IMG/VR virus record: IMGVR_UViG_3300020220_000046
Location: 1-62,051 of that record
Origin: a virus
Taxonomy: Duplodnaviria; Caudoviricetes
Direction: 5' to 3' (one strand)
Length of the DNA stretch: 62,051 nt
This document shows, piece by piece, positions 36,601 through 49,388 of the stretch. The translations under genes and the position numbers were made by a program. The first letter of the stretch is position 1, and every line of letters starts with the position of its first letter. Below the pieces are notes generated by a model. It was given only the letters and a program-made list of their open reading frames with translations, searched no databases and was not told where the DNA came from.

Positions 36601-39600
36601 AATGTACGGGGTCACTATAATATTGACCTAAATCAAAATCAATATTTGGATGTTTATTGTATAGATGTTTCATCAAAATTTGTTCATTTGAATTACCATC
36701 AAATACAACAATAAATGTATCAGTCAATGGTGAACCATTTTTTTGAACATTTAAGTTAAAATATAAACCAGTGTCACAATAATTTAGGTCAACCGCTAAA
36801 ACTTCTATTGGATAACCATATTGGTTAATTAGAAAATCTCCTTTATCATATAATTCTTTGGAGTGGTCGCAGCAAGGTTCGATGAAATCAATCGGTCTTA
36901 TTTGTAATTCTTCAGGGAATCTATCATCAAAGTGATATGTTCCATTCGTTACAGAACCGAAATTCTCAATAAATTTATTTGTATAAACCCTTAATTGAGT
37001 TGTAGGTAAAACTTCAAATATTTCAATACTATTTGTTGTTGTTTCACCTGTAATTCTATTTTTCTTAACAGAACCAAGACATTCTTTATCAGTAACTAAA
37101 AGTTTTTCATACGAATACGTAAATGAATATCCACTTTGAGATGCATTTTGGAATTGTTGATTCGTAAATCCTGAACAAGGAAGATAATTTGCACTTAAAA
37201 TGTATTCACCTACTTGTAAACCATATACAGATTTTTCTACAATCGTACCACCTGTTAAATATGAATTAATTTGTGAACTTGTTGTTGAACTATTAATTGT
37301 TAAACCTGAAGGAACCACTAAAACTATTGAACTATCTTTTAAACCATAATTAAAGTTTGATTTATACTCAACTTTTGGTTGGATGGTATATCCAGTATAA
37401 TTGTCACAAAACGTTGCTCCTGATATTTCAGATATAGTATTTGAACCTTGATATCCTTGAAGTACAAATAGTTCTGTGTGACTCTTTCCGCTTGGCATTG
37501 GACATGGGTCGTGTTCTATTTTAGCTTGTAATCCTTCTATCTTGAATTTAACTTCGTTGTTTGCGGCATCAATAATATTAAAATCTATTACATCAAATTC
37601 AGTAACTCCAGTTAGTTTAAATTTACAATCATACCCCGCAACTTTTTCAATGTAAACGTCAGCATTTTGACTATGACCACTTGTACAATTTGCATAAATG
37701 TAAAACGGCCATGTGTGATTTTTTTGAACCCCGAATTGAGCACCAATAACATCAATATAGATGTCACTAACCATAATACACGATGCTGGCTCTTCACAAT
37801 AAAATTCACCATTACCACTAACTTGTACACTTAATCTATCATTTGATTTTATTGTCTGATAATCCGCCTCAAATCTATAATCAAAATAATCTTTTACCGA
37901 ACAATTCCCAATACCATATTTTATGGATGAAAACTTAATCATTTCTTCACCATTTTCATCTGTAAAGATTTCATAACTTACCATTGGTAAAGTTTCGGTT
38001 ACATATGTTTGTCCGGTTGTTCCTGTGAATGGTGCGTAAGCATAGTAACCTGAACCATATCTTGATATTGTTATTGAACCAATAAGATTAGTCAACGCTT
38101 CAACCCATAGTTGTTTAATTTTAACAATATCAGGTTCTAAATAATCTTTATAATCACAAATAAGTGCAAGATTTACAGGGTCATTACTCACTAAGTCGGT
38201 ACATCCCGTCATTGGGAATGGGTCATATAACTTAGCACTATTTGTTGTATTTGATGTACCGCTAACCACAACAGTCATTCCTGTTGTTAAACCTGTATAT
38301 GATGGACCACCATAAATAACCCCATCAATTTCGATTATTGGATAGTATGTTACACCAGTCAAGTTTATTAATCCTCTAAAATTATTTTCTTCACCGAGTA
38401 AAGTTTCAACGTCTTCTTCAATTGCGGTTTCAAAATCGGGATATAAGTCCTCGATAAATTCCATTGGTTGGCAATCAAATATGTATGGATATTTCGGTCT
38501 ACCAAATAAATTGTTTTCTATTAGATTACCTCCTGTCCACAGTGTAGTTGCGGGAACCAATTGTTCTACTAATTGAACCCAATAAGGGCTGATTTTATTT
38601 ACAAATTCAGCAGCATCAATAAACGTATATGGTTTGAATGAAGTTTGAGAAAAATAATCTCTATAGATATCTTCAAGAACAATATAATTCTTTTTATATC
38701 TAATTGTATGAGAGTTCTTTATTACTTTGTGAATAAAATTGTTTGTAAATTGTGCAAACGTTACCCCTGTTTGTGGTGATAATAAATTTGTTGAACCGAA
38801 TGAAATTTCTAAATCTCTACTTTTTCTAAATAAATCAAAATTAATCGCGTTAGACGCTGAAATATGAATATTAATATTTTTTCTATTCAAAATTAAAGAC
38901 GAACCATCCAATACATCGTGAGCTTTTGTATTGTCAATATCTGTTTGTAAACCATAACCCGTATCTAATCCGGGTAGTTTTCTGAACACGTTAAAATAAT
39001 CCTCACCATAAGTAAAAGGTTTATTTTTTGTTTTAATTGTTTTTGTTCTACCAGTGAGAATTGAGTTTTCGGTATCTATAATCGTTGGTGAGCGGTGGTC
39101 TAATGTAATATCATACCATCCCGCACCTTTTTGGAAGAAAATGTCTTCAGTAAGACTAAACGCTTTTCTTGGTAACCCTGTGTCAGGGTCAACAGGATAA
39201 CCTTCTCTATCAAATCCTGTTGAGCCAGTGGTGGTAATCTTAGTATATGTGTACCCTGTTGTATTAAATTGACCCGTTATAAAAGTTTTTTCTCCAACAA
39301 TAACATTGTATATGTCTTGTTCTAAATCAAAACTCACGGGCATTGATGTTACTTGATAGACATACTCATTAATTTTTATTAATGGTTCGGGAGCTCCTAA
39401 GAATTTTAAGAAGAACTCAATAGATGCTCTTGTTCCTTTTGATTTAAAGATATATGCAAGATTGACTAATAATCTTCTGTAGAATTCATGTTCGGCATCA
39501 ACTAAATTAAAACCAGTGGATACTCCACCATAAGACGAATCTAAACGAGTATATAATACATCGTCTAATGATTTTTCATCAAATAGATTTGTAGTTGATA

Positions 39601-40798
39601 ACCCGAGATTCTCAGATAAATTCTTTAATAAAATATCGGGTAAGTTATTAATACCATCATAACTCACATTTCTCATGTAAGCAATGTTGTCTATGTATTT
39701 TTTTACTTGGTCAAAACTTTGTCCGTAAAGTTGAAATACACTTTGAGCTCTTTGGTCTGCGGTGTCAAATTCTAATAATTGTGGTGATGTTAAAAATCTA
39801 ACAATTGTGTTTGATTTAAATGTATCAATCTCATCACAAACATCTTTTAAACTTTGTACATATAATTCATAGTCAAGACCATAAATTTGTATGTTCCATC
39901 CATCCCCTAATGTTGGCCAGCTAAACTCAACGTTTTGAATTGTAACCTTTGAACCATCGGGACTATCTCTCGGAATTCTAAAATTTGATGTGTATGTTGG
40001 GCTTGTATCTCTATTGAGTAATGAAGATTCAACATCATCTAATCCATTGTAAAATTCTTCAACAATACCATCATTTGGTCTGATTATAAAGTTTGTTGTA
40101 CTTGTAGAACCTGTAAATGGTTGACCAATTACAACAAAAACTATTTCATTTGAAGAATTTGGCTCTGTATATTGAAATACAGGGTACGATTCGCCATTTA
40201 TATATAAAACATACTTATTGTTTGATGAATATAGATTTCTTAATTCATTTTCACTTGTAGGTTTAATCGCACTATTTGGTTCAGATAAAATAATTCCAAA
40301 TGGATTTGAAACTTTACTTAACTGAATTGTGAATGTTGTTCTGTCTAAACTATTACTATATGAAATATTAAACGCTGAGAATAAGTTCACACCTATAGGA
40401 CTATCGGCAATTACTTGTAATGCTGCGGGGAATTTTTTTATAATTTTGGTAATCGATACCAAAATTCTTTCTCTTAAAGAACCATATAAAGACTTATCTG
40501 CATTTTGTTTATCGTTACGAAATCTTATCGATTTACTTCTTTTGGCCGCAGAACTTGTAGGTTGCTGAGTTGTTACGTCTGTTTTAGTGTCTTCTTTTTT
40601 TATATTATCTAAAGTAAGAAACTCAGAAAATGGATTTTTTCTAAAACTTTTAGAATCTTTATCAGGTATAGTTTTATCAATGTCAAATGAGGTATTAACA
40701 AGCGCCGAACTTCCGTTGGTAATTTGTCTACCAACAAGATTATCATTAAATGTTGCCGCGCCACTTGGCGCTTGGCTTGGTACCTTTCTTTTCGCCAT
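33671..40798 (-). CDS. Large baseplate wedge-like protein (2375 aa) with two mucin-like Thr-Pro tracts
   Basis: [18 protein letters not shown] resembles the gp7/P2-gpI wedge motif. It lies downstream of gp25- and gp6-like genes and carries ~750 aa of TPTLT repeats. Confidence 0.75.
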   Translation of the reverse strand: MAKRKVPSQAPSGAATFNDNLVGRQITNGSSALVNTSFDIDKTIPDKDSKSFRKNPFSEFLTLDNIKKEDTKTDVTTQQPTSSAAKRSKSIRFRNDKQNADKSLYGSLRERILVSITKIIKKFPAALQVIADSPIGVNLFSAFNISYSNSLDRTTFTIQLSKVSNPFGIILSEPNSAIKPTSENELRNLYSSNNKYVLYINGESYPVFQYTEPNSSNEIVFVVIGQPFTGSTSTTNFIIRPNDGIVEEFYNGLDDVESSLLNRDTSPTYTSNFRIPRDSPDGSKVTIQNVEFSWPTLGDGWNIQIYGLDYELYVQSLKDVCDEIDTFKSNTIVRFLTSPQLLEFDTADQRAQSVFQLYGQSFDQVKKYIDNIAYMRNVSYDGINNLPDILLKNLSENLGLSTTNLFDEKSLDDVLYTRLDSSYGGVSTGFNLVDAEHEFYRRLLVNLAYIFKSKGTRASIEFFLKFLGAPEPLIKINEYVYQVTSMPVSFDLEQDIYNVIVGEKTFITGQFNTTGYTYTKITTTGSTGFDREGYPVDPDTGLPRKAFSLTEDIFFQKGAGWYDITLDHRSPTIIDTENSILTGRTKTIKTKNKPFTYGEDYFNVFRKLPGLDTGYGLQTDIDNTKAHDVLDGSSLILNRKNINIHISASNAINFDLFRKSRDLEISFGSTNLLSPQTGVTFAQFTNNFIHKVIKNSHTIRYKKNYIVLEDIYRDYFSQTSFKPYTFIDAAEFVNKISPYWVQLVEQLVPATTLWTGGNLIENNLFGRPKYPYIFDCQPMEFIEDLYPDFETAIEEDVETLLGEENNFRGLINLTGVTYYPIIEIDGVIYGGPSYTGLTTGMTVVVSGTSNTTNSAKLYDPFPMTGCTDLVSNDPVNLALICDYKDYLEPDIVKIKQLWVEALTNLIGSITISRYGSGYYAYAPFTGTTGQTYVTETLPMVSYEIFTDENGEEMIKFSSIKYGIGNCSVKDYFDYRFEADYQTIKSNDRLSVQVSGNGEFYCEEPASCIMVSDIYIDVIGAQFGVQKNHTWPFYIYANCTSGHSQNADVYIEKVAGYDCKFKLTGVTEFDVIDFNIIDAANNEVKFKIEGLQAKIEHDPCPMPSGKSHTELFVLQGYQGSNTISEISGATFCDNYTGYTIQPKVEYKSNFNYGLKDSSIVLVVPSGLTINSSTTSSQINSYLTGGTIVEKSVYGLQVGEYILSANYLPCSGFTNQQFQNASQSGYSFTYSYEKLLVTDKECLGSVKKNRITGETTTNSIEIFEVLPTTQLRVYTNKFIENFGSVTNGTYHFDDRFPEELQIRPIDFIEPCCDHSKELYDKGDFLINQYGYPIEVLAVDLNYCDTGLYFNLNVQKNGSPLTDTFIVVFDGNSNEQILMKHLYNKHPNIDFDLGQYYSDPVHCATPPTNNDLSESPFDCDQSPTNTPTPTSTQTLTPTPTITSTSTPTLTNTNTSTYTSTPTITLTSTSTPTSTNTLTATSTPTLTSTSTATNTPTLTATNTPTLTSTSTATNTPTLTATNTPTLTSTSTATNTPTLTSTSTATNTPTLTSTNTPTLTSTSTATNTPTLTATQTPTLTSTSTATNTPTLTATNTPTLTSTSTATNTPTLTPTNTETPTLTATNTLTLTETPTLTSTETPTLTATNTPTLTSTETPTLTATPTLTATNTPTLTSTSTPTLTATSTSTNTPTLTATSTSTNTPTLTATSTPTETPTNTPTLTATSTPTLTATNTPTETQTQTPTNTPTLTETPTLTATNTPTLTNLLDGAIYCIDITISSACSCQNSITIYAQDDLSVGEILYEDNTATNPYTIADLQLITNSSSTIFYVNPPSTSILFVVEDNGSGLAIANSSTDCPTPTPTATVTSTSTQTPTLTATNTPTLTATNTPTLSSTNTPTLTKTPTLTATSTPTLTETPTLTPTNTQTLTETPTLTPTNSPTLTATNTPTLTSTSTATNTPTLTATNSPTLTSTSTATNTPTLTATNTPTLTETPTLTATNTPTLTETPTLTATNTPTLTSTSTATNTPTLTATQTPTLTSTSTATNTPTLTATNTPTLTSTSTATNTPTLTATNTPTLTETPTLTATQTPTLTSTSTATNTPTLTATNTPTLTSTSTATNTPTLTATNTPTLTSTSTATNTPTLTATNTPTLTNTPTLTSTSTATNTPTLTATNTPTLTSTQTLTATNTPTLTSTPTLTATPTLTATNTPTLTSTQTLTSEEPTLTATNTPTLTATNTPTLTATNTPTLTNTPTLTPTLTSTPSTFSCPFAFVEVTTQNSNNVTILGVRFNSNNITYSSGANFPIGQGDGVGFFTSNVNGSNVTVEIDYGPCLAGQNIAINYGIQCFYPLNTGGSTVVFYDVDIPCNSTVYITAAVGHCI
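34020..36543. repeat. Degenerate coding tandem repeats (TATNTPTL / [12 protein letters not shown]), interrupted by a ~95-aa domain at ~35240-35520
   Basis: Visible in both DNA and protein; 24- and 36-bp units. Confidence 0.92.
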
Positions 40799-41715
40799 TA
40801 TTCGGTAATCGTATCAAAGTTTAGTGTCTCATCTATGTCAGTCCTTTCTTCACGAACTTCATATAATGTCTCATTAAATTCGTCTTTGACTTCGTAAAGA
40901 TTGTACTGTTTGTATATGTTATTATTATTGTCATAAATGGTGTAGATACCTTGTGAAACAGCTTTAGTTTGATTACCATACAATGCGTTAGCCAATGTAC
41001 CTGCATCGTGTTCAACCATTTCAACCTCAATTGTTGTTGGGTTAAAAAATGTATTTGTTAAAATAATTTTTTGTGATGGTGTACCAATAAAGGGAACCGT
41101 ATTTGGTTTATTTGATGGTGCTGAGGATGGTGTAACAGTCAAAAACATCAAATTTGTTGCTTGTTCACTATATTGATATCTGATGGCTTTTTGTGAAGTG
41201 CTTGTTAAGTTAGACACAATTGGAGTACAATAAAATGAAGATGTTACAACTCTGTAGAAGTTGGTGATTTTCTTATTATCCGACGTGTTAATATATTCTA
41301 TTCTATAACCAACCAAACCTTGTGGAGTAAACTTATTCCTGTCTGCGGCTGGTACATTACTTAAATCAATAACCAAACCTCTAACAGAAGGTAATGATGC
41401 CAAAATACCACAATCCGTGATTGTTGTACGTATCTGTTTAGGTCTAATATGTAGGGTATATATTCCCAATTCAGAGAAATCTGAAGAAGCTAACTTTAAG
41501 TTATACATACCACCCAAAATCTCAACGTTTGGTGCCGCGGCATCATCAGTTGTATTTGAATTGTGAAAAACGGGGGTTAAAACATCGGCTGAACTTAACC
41601 TTTTAAGGGTTGCAGTTGCACTATTTGTTCTACCTGAAACGTAGTGATAATATATTTCTACGTCCTCGGGTGATACATCTGCCGGTCTAATTATTCCATA
41701 ACTACCTACTGCCAT
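40798..41715 (-). CDS. Putative baseplate/virion protein
   Basis: 305 aa; TAATG-coupled to the wedge gene; TATTTAT upstream. Confidence 0.65.
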   Translation of the reverse strand: MAVGSYGIIRPADVSPEDVEIYYHYVSGRTNSATATLKRLSSADVLTPVFHNSNTTDDAAAPNVEILGGMYNLKLASSDFSELGIYTLHIRPKQIRTTITDCGILASLPSVRGLVIDLSNVPAADRNKFTPQGLVGYRIEYINTSDNKKITNFYRVVTSSFYCTPIVSNLTSTSQKAIRYQYSEQATNLMFLTVTPSSAPSNKPNTVPFIGTPSQKIILTNTFFNPTTIEVEMVEHDAGTLANALYGNQTKAVSQGIYTIYDNNNNIYKQYNLYEVKDEFNETLYEVREERTDIDETLNFDTITE

Positions 41716-41740
41716 GATTTTTTATTAATAAATATAATTT

Positions 41741-42844
41741 TTATTGTTTTCTTATGTTAAAATACCCATTTCCATAGATATCTAATTCCCCCGTATTGTC
41801 TATTTCGGTCAACCTAAGTATTTTTTCCATTACACCCTGTTTACCCCTTTCAACAAATAAATCAGAAAATATGGTTGGTTCGTCTATAAAACCTAAAAAG
41901 TGTTCGTTCCTTGTTAACACATAATTTATAACCTCTTCCTTTGTAAAACCAGTTGTTGTACCCGTAATCGTTGTTACCCCATCCGAGAAATCCATATAAT
42001 GTAGATTGTCTATAGTATATGCACTGAAAGTTACACCGGATAGGGTTCCGGTAGTTACTCCACTATATGTGTTTGAGCCATATAATTTTTTTTCGTCAAT
42101 TCTACTATTTCCGATTGCTGCGTATGTGAAAGTAGTATTTCCCGTTGTGGTTGTATAGTCAAGATTATTAAGATAATTCAACGTTTGACCTGTTATGTTT
42201 GTATACGGAATGGTAAACCCGGTCAATGAACCTAGTGGGTTAGGAACACTTACGTTTGCGGGTACGGTTACCTTTTTCTGCAATTTAAAGTTTAACCAAG
42301 GCGTGTTTAATGAAATTGATATGTTTTTTACACCCGCAGTTCCATACGTCTTGGTTGTGGAGTTAAGGGTAGTTCCGGTGTGAGTTGTTAACGTTGATGT
42401 TGTGGCATCCCCCCAATCAACTGTGAAGTTAACTGTAAGTATTTCAGATACTTTAGTTGAATCCACCGTATTGTAAACCTGAACGGTGTTTCCTGTCTGA
42501 GTGTATGAAAAATTACATATTTGTTCAACTTGTTCCATATATCCATCAAACCCAACCATTACCCCCATTTCATCAACTGACGATTCTAAAAATAGTGGGA
42601 CATCGTGACTACCGACAGCAGTTGCTTCGGTTATCGAAGACCACGCACTACCTGTCCACTTATAGTATCCTGTTGCAAGACTACCTGTGACATTATAGAC
42701 AACATCTCCTGTGACGGGTGGTAATGTTGTAGAACCTGACCATGGGACCCAATTACCAAAATAGTCATACCAAAATTGACCACTTAGAGAATGTAGTCTA
42801 ACATTTGGAATGTTCTTCCTTAATATTTTATAAGAATTTTTCAT
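41741..42844 (-). CDS. Putative virion protein with a PKD-like domain
   Basis: FTVDWGDA...KTY.TAG...ISISL. Confidence 0.6.
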   Translation of the reverse strand: MKNSYKILRKNIPNVRLHSLSGQFWYDYFGNWVPWSGSTTLPPVTGDVVYNVTGSLATGYYKWTGSAWSSITEATAVGSHDVPLFLESSVDEMGVMVGFDGYMEQVEQICNFSYTQTGNTVQVYNTVDSTKVSEILTVNFTVDWGDATTSTLTTHTGTTLNSTTKTYGTAGVKNISISLNTPWLNFKLQKKVTVPANVSVPNPLGSLTGFTIPYTNITGQTLNYLNNLDYTTTTGNTTFTYAAIGNSRIDEKKLYGSNTYSGVTTGTLSGVTFSAYTIDNLHYMDFSDGVTTITGTTTGFTKEEVINYVLTRNEHFLGFIDEPTIFSDLFVERGKQGVMEKILRLTEIDNTGELDIYGNGYFNIRKQ

Positions 42845-43679
42845 AAAAAACTATTGGGTCATTTGTTTCACCTATTCTTGAACCAACAGAACCATTAAAT
42901 TGAAATATTTGATATGAGAAATCACTCCTATCAATTACAACTTTATAGTATAAGTCATTTTCTTCGACAATTGTATCGTTAGGTGTCTTTGTTTTATTTG
43001 TAAAATCAAAAATTTCACTTGTCTTTGCATTATAAAATTTGGCGGTCATGTAAAATGTATTTCCAGTCAAATTTGTTTCATCAAATGGCGTATCGTCCGT
43101 AAACCAAAAGAAATACATATTCTCTTTATTTCTATAATTTGAACCCATAAAGACAGGGAAATATATGTAATCATTCATCGGTATTGTTGAACCGGATGTT
43201 GTTCCTGTATAAAATATTTTTTCACCCAATGGAAGTGCTATGTTTTTAGCAAAAACCATTCTTTTATTTGTATTGTTAGGAGCAACATCATTTGGTGTTT
43301 TATAAAATTCTAATCTAAAAAAACTTTCAGTTGATTGTTTTAACATTAAAGCGTTTTCTTGTAATGTTATATCCATTAACTGATAATCTTGTTTAAACGT
43401 CACACCCGTAATAATTGGATTTGCGGGGTTTGAAGTATTATACTGATAATCACCAAAGTAAAAGTAGAACCAAATGTCTGTTTGACTAAATCCACTAACA
43501 TTTGTATATGGTTTATGTATGTATCTCACCGTCTCATAATTCTCTATTGGGTTTATAATCTGATAAAGAATTTCTTTTTCCATGATTTCGGCGGACTCGG
43601 TCCACCCCAAATCAGTTTTAAAATTTTGAATTGGGTCTACAATTAAATTTTGGTCAATATTTCTTCTAACTAATTCCAC
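42828..43679 (-). CDS. Putative virion/baseplate protein
   Basis: 283-aa ORF inside the structural operon. Confidence 0.6.
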   Translation of the reverse strand: MELVRRNIDQNLIVDPIQNFKTDLGWTESAEIMEKEILYQIINPIENYETVRYIHKPYTNVSGFSQTDIWFYFYFGDYQYNTSNPANPIITGVTFKQDYQLMDITLQENALMLKQSTESFFRLEFYKTPNDVAPNNTNKRMVFAKNIALPLGEKIFYTGTTSGSTIPMNDYIYFPVFMGSNYRNKENMYFFWFTDDTPFDETNLTGNTFYMTAKFYNAKTSEIFDFTNKTKTPNDTIVEENDLYYKVVIDRSDFSYQIFQFNGSVGSRIGETNDPIVFYEKFL

Positions 43680-43680
43680 T

Positions 43681-45423
43681 TTAACACTTAAATCTTTTTA
43701 TTTTATACTTTCCATCTTTTTTATTGGTATATTGTTGTTCATTACGTAAATAGAAATTAATATCATTTTTTACATAATGAATATTATTAATGTAAGGATG
43801 GTTTGTGCCAAATCCATCTGGGTCTATGAACCCATGGTCATAAACATCTCTCCATTTCCATAACAACTCCTCGGAAAAATACTTAGCGTTTTGAGGTAAC
43901 CCATATATTTGATTTGTTGTAGATGTCTCAACATAAGGAGATAACTCTCTAAGTTTCACTCTATGATGTGGTTGATAGTAGATACCAAATTTATTATTTA
44001 CCGACGCTCCCGAATATGATGTTGGGTCATCTTGGTTATGGTCGAATATTGTTGTTGGTGATGTAATCTTATGATACGCCTCACTAACAACTCTTTCTTT
44101 TAATTCTGACCTATTATATTCTATAAATGCGCCAGTTAATGTTGTGCCTGTCGTAATCGTACCACCAGAAATAAAAGTATTTCCTGATTTTGTAAACGTA
44201 CCATAAGGTACTGACGTTTCTAACGATGTTGTTCCACTAAAATGTTGGTCAATCCACGTATCATGGAAATTAAACTTATAACCAACCTTATAGGGGTAAT
44301 CAAAATATCCGTTTTTGTTTTTAAAAACAATAGACACATACACATCAGTTGGTAGGTATCCGAGATTATTTGTTAGACCTGTTAATGTAAATGGTTGTTT
44401 AAAATCATAAACTAATGATTCCATTCTGTTTCTTACAACTAATACGTCGTTATCACCAACACTATTTTCAAAAACTAATTTCTTTTCATTTTCCCAAACT
44501 GAAGATTCAAAACCAATCTTATCTAAAATAAATGCGTCTCCCATGGTCAACACTTTATGTTTATGGACATAATATGTTGAAATTGTTTCGGTTAATCTGT
44601 TTCTGTTAATGCATCTCTTACCAAGGACAACTGTGGATAACGTAGTACCAGATGGAACTTCTGATTTGCTTATTTCTAAAACATAATTTTCAGAATTAAA
44701 CTTTTCATTACCAACCGAAGTAACCGAAAATGTTCTACCTGATTGTGGTACTGTGTTATTTAATGTGCCTCCCGATATCACAATATATTCTCCCTTACTA
44801 ATACCATGTTCAACTGGACTTGTTAGATAATATGATGACCTGTCTTCTGTAACTCTAAATGGTATTCCATCTTGAGCAGTAAAACTATAGACGGTATTAC
44901 CACTCAATGTATATTTCATTTGGTGAGATGGGTCACCAGAATAGATATATGATAAACAAATATTCCAATTGTGAAATGGTGCTGTGATTGGTGTGACTTC
45001 AACATGGTCTGTTTGTCCGGTCACTATTATATTTTGAGTAAACGCAGAAAGTACACTTGTGGAAATAGGGTCGTTGGTTTCTCTTTTAACATCATCTCTT
45101 AAAAATGCAAATTCATTGTATGGTAAAAAACCATCAAATTGATTACCATCATCAAAAACTAAATATAAATTCTTCTTTAATGGTTGATATCCTGTAGTTC
45201 CACTATACAGATTTCTGAAAACCATTTTAAGTTTTCCATGTATTTTATAATGTGGACTTTCGTTTCTCTCTTTTGCAAAAAGTATTGATGTGTCAAGAAT
45301 GATTGTTCTATCACCTTCTCTAAGCAAATTTTTACTTTCATCTAAATTTATTTTTAGACTCAAATCTTCATTAATCGCTCCAAAGAATTTTTTAGTTGGT
45401 AATATGACTTTTTTCTTTTCCAT
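43681..45423 (-). CDS. Putative virion/baseplate protein
   Basis: 580-aa ORF inside the structural operon. Confidence 0.6.
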   Translation of the reverse strand: MEKKKVILPTKKFFGAINEDLSLKINLDESKNLLREGDRTIILDTSILFAKERNESPHYKIHGKLKMVFRNLYSGTTGYQPLKKNLYLVFDDGNQFDGFLPYNEFAFLRDDVKRETNDPISTSVLSAFTQNIIVTGQTDHVEVTPITAPFHNWNICLSYIYSGDPSHQMKYTLSGNTVYSFTAQDGIPFRVTEDRSSYYLTSPVEHGISKGEYIVISGGTLNNTVPQSGRTFSVTSVGNEKFNSENYVLEISKSEVPSGTTLSTVVLGKRCINRNRLTETISTYYVHKHKVLTMGDAFILDKIGFESSVWENEKKLVFENSVGDNDVLVVRNRMESLVYDFKQPFTLTGLTNNLGYLPTDVYVSIVFKNKNGYFDYPYKVGYKFNFHDTWIDQHFSGTTSLETSVPYGTFTKSGNTFISGGTITTGTTLTGAFIEYNRSELKERVVSEAYHKITSPTTIFDHNQDDPTSYSGASVNNKFGIYYQPHHRVKLRELSPYVETSTTNQIYGLPQNAKYFSEELLWKWRDVYDHGFIDPDGFGTNHPYINNIHYVKNDINFYLRNEQQYTNKKDGKYKIKRFKC

Positions 45424-48400
45424 TATTCAGATGCGGGAAACGCCCCTAAAGGACCAAATCTTTTTATAAATTTATCAACACCAGTATTGCCGGGTCTTAA
45501 TCCAAAATAAAATTGGAATGGTGTGGATAAAATTTGTTTATATTCCGAATAATAATCTTGTGTTTTTCTAATGATAAAATCCATACCACTATTCCAACTT
45601 AACGTGTGCCAAGTACCCGCAGTACCATACCTCGTATATAATATACCCGCGGTTGGCGTTGTGATGGTACCACCTGTAACAAATAAATAAGTAAATCCGG
45701 GATATTGTGTATCATATGATGTGTGGTTATCTGTTACTGACGCTTCAACAACATCAAATTCAACACTATTTGTCACGTTCAAACCTGTTATTGATAATCC
45801 GCTATATGTATAAGTCATTGGTAATAACAAGTATTTATCTGATGGGTCATTAGTTCCACCAGTCAATGTATATCCATATGTCATACCCTGTAATGGTTGT
45901 GACTGAATATTTTTATAATCCCACGATTGGTCATCTTTAGTGTCGTCGTCATATGGTCCGAAACCTGTTCCTTGTTTATCCCATAAAAAGAATGGGACGT
46001 TTTGAGATGATTCTGTTAATCTGCCTGGTTCATTTAAACAAGCTCGAACTCTTTGACCATCCGCATCAAAATCAAATGTTATCGGTGTTGGTCCCCACAC
46101 ATCGGTTCCATTTTTAAAAACCGCAGGATATGTTTCAGGGTCAAGAATTTGATACGAATAACCTAAATATTTTGGACTTTGTAGGTTGAATTCTTCAATA
46201 CCCGCTTCATTATTAATTGAAATTAATTGTAGAATATCTCCGTCCAATACTTTTTTTCCATAACCACATTCTTCAAATCCTCCATTATCAAAAAAATCAT
46301 CAAGACTAAATCCGTCATTTGCTTCGGTATCCATTCTATAGTTTATAATTAAACCTAGTAGTTCGCCAAAACTTTGAAATGACGATGGTCCAATAGACCT
46401 TACAACAGAGCAATTTGGGTCAAGTGTTGGGTCAGTACATATTTCTCTAATAAATTCATCTCTTGGTCCTAAATCAACTAATGTAGTCGGATGACCAATT
46501 CTTTTAAATGTATCAGGGTTTCCATTAATATTAACATATGTATATGTTTTACCAATGAATGTTCCTGATGAGTTTGATAACGTAGAACGATAATAAAATC
46601 TTTTTACAGGAAAACCAGTAGTCTCTTCTTTTGCTTTATATATAACTAAATCTTTGCAGTAATTTGTACGACCAACATTTAAATCTAATGTTTTTTCATC
46701 ATTCCATCTAACTCTAGCTTTAAATTGAAAGAAATATAATGAACCGCTTAGCCAGTTATCTAAGAATCCATAATTAACAATTCCTCCACAGAACATTGTA
46801 CCAACTCTTTTTCTTCTTCTGTATTCTTTAAGAATTGCAAATATTCTAGTGGCACTTTGTGTTCCGGGTATAAAATAAAACACTCCATTACTAAATTCTG
46901 AAAACGCGTAGGACCCACCAGAGTTAGGACCATCTGCCGGTGTATTTGGTGAGAACGACGCTCCTAGATATGAAATTGGTAATCCGAACTCATTTCTATC
47001 TGATATTCTTGTTGCGGTTATATCTGCACCTGCCGGTAAAGAACCTGGATTGTATTGTGTTCTACCTGTACCAACAAAGTATTTAGAAACTATGTTTTCA
47101 TTATATGGAACATCATATAACTCACATTCAGATTCAAGTTGTGCCGTTATTACTGACGCAGGATTTACAGGTGAATTTTTATCTCTAATTTCACAATTAT
47201 ACTGAATTGTTTCGATAAAGAATCCATCTGGGTCATCAAATGTTAAAACATAACTCAGACAATCTTCCGGTGGGTCAGGGTTTATAGTAACACTAATATT
47301 AAATGTACCACCCGTACCTCCCAATGGAATTATTGTTGTTGTACCATTAGATGTATATGTTAAAACATAATTTGATTGATTATTAACAAAATCCTCTGCT
47401 CTTTCACATAGGGTAGGACCTACTATTAACATGGCCCCCGTACATGGTTGGGATGACCCCGTATACCCCGTATATGGATTGGTTTGGAAAAAATCATCAT
47501 TTGATACAGTAAAGCCTGTTCTCGGTGTTTCAACACTTGAGCCGTGTACTGTTATTGAACCAACTTCGCAATATTCAATTTCAGCTAACCCACCTTGAGC
47601 TGTACCAAATTCGTTTTCACCATTACATTCTTCACATTCAGGATAGTTTATTAAATATAATTTTCTTTGTGTGGCGTCCTGAATTATATATGCCGCTTTT
47701 TTGACTCTACTTGATAATCTTGTAGTCGGCCAGCCATTAAACGCATTAGCTAAATCATGTAAAAAGTTTGCAAGTGCATTTGTTAAAAGAAATGTAAATA
47801 AATTTATTAAATGTTCAAATAAAAGTAAAACATCCGCAATTAGTAATTGAAATGTATAATTTTTAAATCCATAGTTTACCGGTGGGGTTACTGCACTTGA
47901 AGCACAATCTTCCTCCTCTGAAGGTACCAACTCTTTTAAACCGAGATATCTATCTTTTGTAAATGTATTTCCTACGAAGTATGAACCTTGAAATGATGAT
48001 ACGGTATAAACCTTGTTATATGTTACTCGATAAAAATAATCTCTCGGATAATAAAAACCATCGGTAGAATTAAGTATAAAATTTTCTACCGCGTGTTGTG
48101 GGTAGTCATCAAAATTAATAGAAAAGGCGTACGATTTTTCTTTATCATTTGGACTTCCTATTCCTAATTCATTTTGATATTCTCTAATGTTTGGTACTAA
48201 GTAGTCTGCGTTAGTTCTAATTCTTTCCATTCCATCATCCGATAAACTTATTCTAAATCTATAACATGATGATGTTGGAATTCCTTTATTTGGGTCATTT
48301 GTGTATTCATTTTCACCGAATTCATTTGTGTACAAATAATCCATGTTCATTGGGAGTGCAACAATGAATGAACCATCTTCGTCTATATCCTCATTAATTG

Positions 48401-49334
48401 GTAATTCCTCTAATATTGGTCTTAACTTAACATCCTTTTGACTTGTAAATCTTATCGCCTCTATCCTACCTGTCTTTGTTGTAAGGTCACATTTACGCCC
48501 CATTTTTCTTCTTGGAGCACAATTTTTATTTAATGCAGATTTTCCTGTATCGGTATATGTACCTCCGATTAGATACGCTTTAGGTTCAATCTTTACACCC
48601 TTGTTCGATAAATCAAAATCGGTTCTTGTTATTCCAATTTCACATATATCTTCATTTCCCCAAAACGGGAAAACGTCTATCGTTTGATTAAAAGAAACAA
48701 TGTGAGGTAATGAATCAATATCTTCTGAAGCTTTAAATGTGTATTCATTTTTAAATTGGTCAACACCCATACCTTGACGAATAAAATCATCGGGTCTAAG
48801 TGAGAAACAACCTATGTCGGATAAATCAACATCAACGTGAATGGTTTGATTACCTGTAGGTATTCCCCAAATCATGAAATCGCCCGCATCGTTAGTCTTT
48901 GCTGTGTATTTGTAATATTTCTCGTAAACTTCGAGAACCTCTTCTCTTGTTAAGATATCTTTTTGGTCAGGGAGTGTTCCTGTTGGTTCGTGTCCTCCGT
49001 GTTGTTTCCTTGATGGTAAAAGGTTGTATCTATAACCCTTTTCATCTTTATCGTTTACTGAAGTAAATGGATATAATGCGGATATTACGGGGTCTTCACT
49101 ATCCTCATCCGTTATGGGAATAAAAATAGACACTCTAGCATTAGGAACACCAAATCCGTTATTAACTGATATCCTACCAACAACAACCCCATAATCTGAG
49201 CACATCGAAGCATAGACATCACTTTGGGTGAATTTTAGAGACAAAATCTCCAAGAGGTCATAGTCTTGTTTTAAGTCGACTGTGACTCTTTGGTCTCTAC
49301 CAATATTTGTGGAAATTCTATGCTTCTGAATCAC
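45423..49334 (-). CDS. Large putative baseplate/tail protein (1303 aa)
   Basis: GTG start right after TATTTAT; N-terminal VVGRI...VPNARVSIF...TNDAGDF beta-sandwich-like segment; adjacent to the gp6-like gene. Confidence 0.65.
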   Translation of the reverse strand: MIQKHRISTNIGRDQRVTVDLKQDYDLLEILSLKFTQSDVYASMCSDYGVVVGRISVNNGFGVPNARVSIFIPITDEDSEDPVISALYPFTSVNDKDEKGYRYNLLPSRKQHGGHEPTGTLPDQKDILTREEVLEVYEKYYKYTAKTNDAGDFMIWGIPTGNQTIHVDVDLSDIGCFSLRPDDFIRQGMGVDQFKNEYTFKASEDIDSLPHIVSFNQTIDVFPFWGNEDICEIGITRTDFDLSNKGVKIEPKAYLIGGTYTDTGKSALNKNCAPRRKMGRKCDLTTKTGRIEAIRFTSQKDVKLRPILEELPINEDIDEDGSFIVALPMNMDYLYTNEFGENEYTNDPNKGIPTSSCYRFRISLSDDGMERIRTNADYLVPNIREYQNELGIGSPNDKEKSYAFSINFDDYPQHAVENFILNSTDGFYYPRDYFYRVTYNKVYTVSSFQGSYFVGNTFTKDRYLGLKELVPSEEEDCASSAVTPPVNYGFKNYTFQLLIADVLLLFEHLINLFTFLLTNALANFLHDLANAFNGWPTTRLSSRVKKAAYIIQDATQRKLYLINYPECEECNGENEFGTAQGGLAEIEYCEVGSITVHGSSVETPRTGFTVSNDDFFQTNPYTGYTGSSQPCTGAMLIVGPTLCERAEDFVNNQSNYVLTYTSNGTTTIIPLGGTGGTFNISVTINPDPPEDCLSYVLTFDDPDGFFIETIQYNCEIRDKNSPVNPASVITAQLESECELYDVPYNENIVSKYFVGTGRTQYNPGSLPAGADITATRISDRNEFGLPISYLGASFSPNTPADGPNSGGSYAFSEFSNGVFYFIPGTQSATRIFAILKEYRRRKRVGTMFCGGIVNYGFLDNWLSGSLYFFQFKARVRWNDEKTLDLNVGRTNYCKDLVIYKAKEETTGFPVKRFYYRSTLSNSSGTFIGKTYTYVNINGNPDTFKRIGHPTTLVDLGPRDEFIREICTDPTLDPNCSVVRSIGPSSFQSFGELLGLIINYRMDTEANDGFSLDDFFDNGGFEECGYGKKVLDGDILQLISINNEAGIEEFNLQSPKYLGYSYQILDPETYPAVFKNGTDVWGPTPITFDFDADGQRVRACLNEPGRLTESSQNVPFFLWDKQGTGFGPYDDDTKDDQSWDYKNIQSQPLQGMTYGYTLTGGTNDPSDKYLLLPMTYTYSGLSITGLNVTNSVEFDVVEASVTDNHTSYDTQYPGFTYLFVTGGTITTPTAGILYTRYGTAGTWHTLSWNSGMDFIIRKTQDYYSEYKQILSTPFQFYFGLRPGNTGVDKFIKRFGPLGAFPASE

Positions 49335-49388
49335 TTTTACTATAAATAGAAATTTATAGATTTTCCAAAAAAATACGGAAAATAAAAA

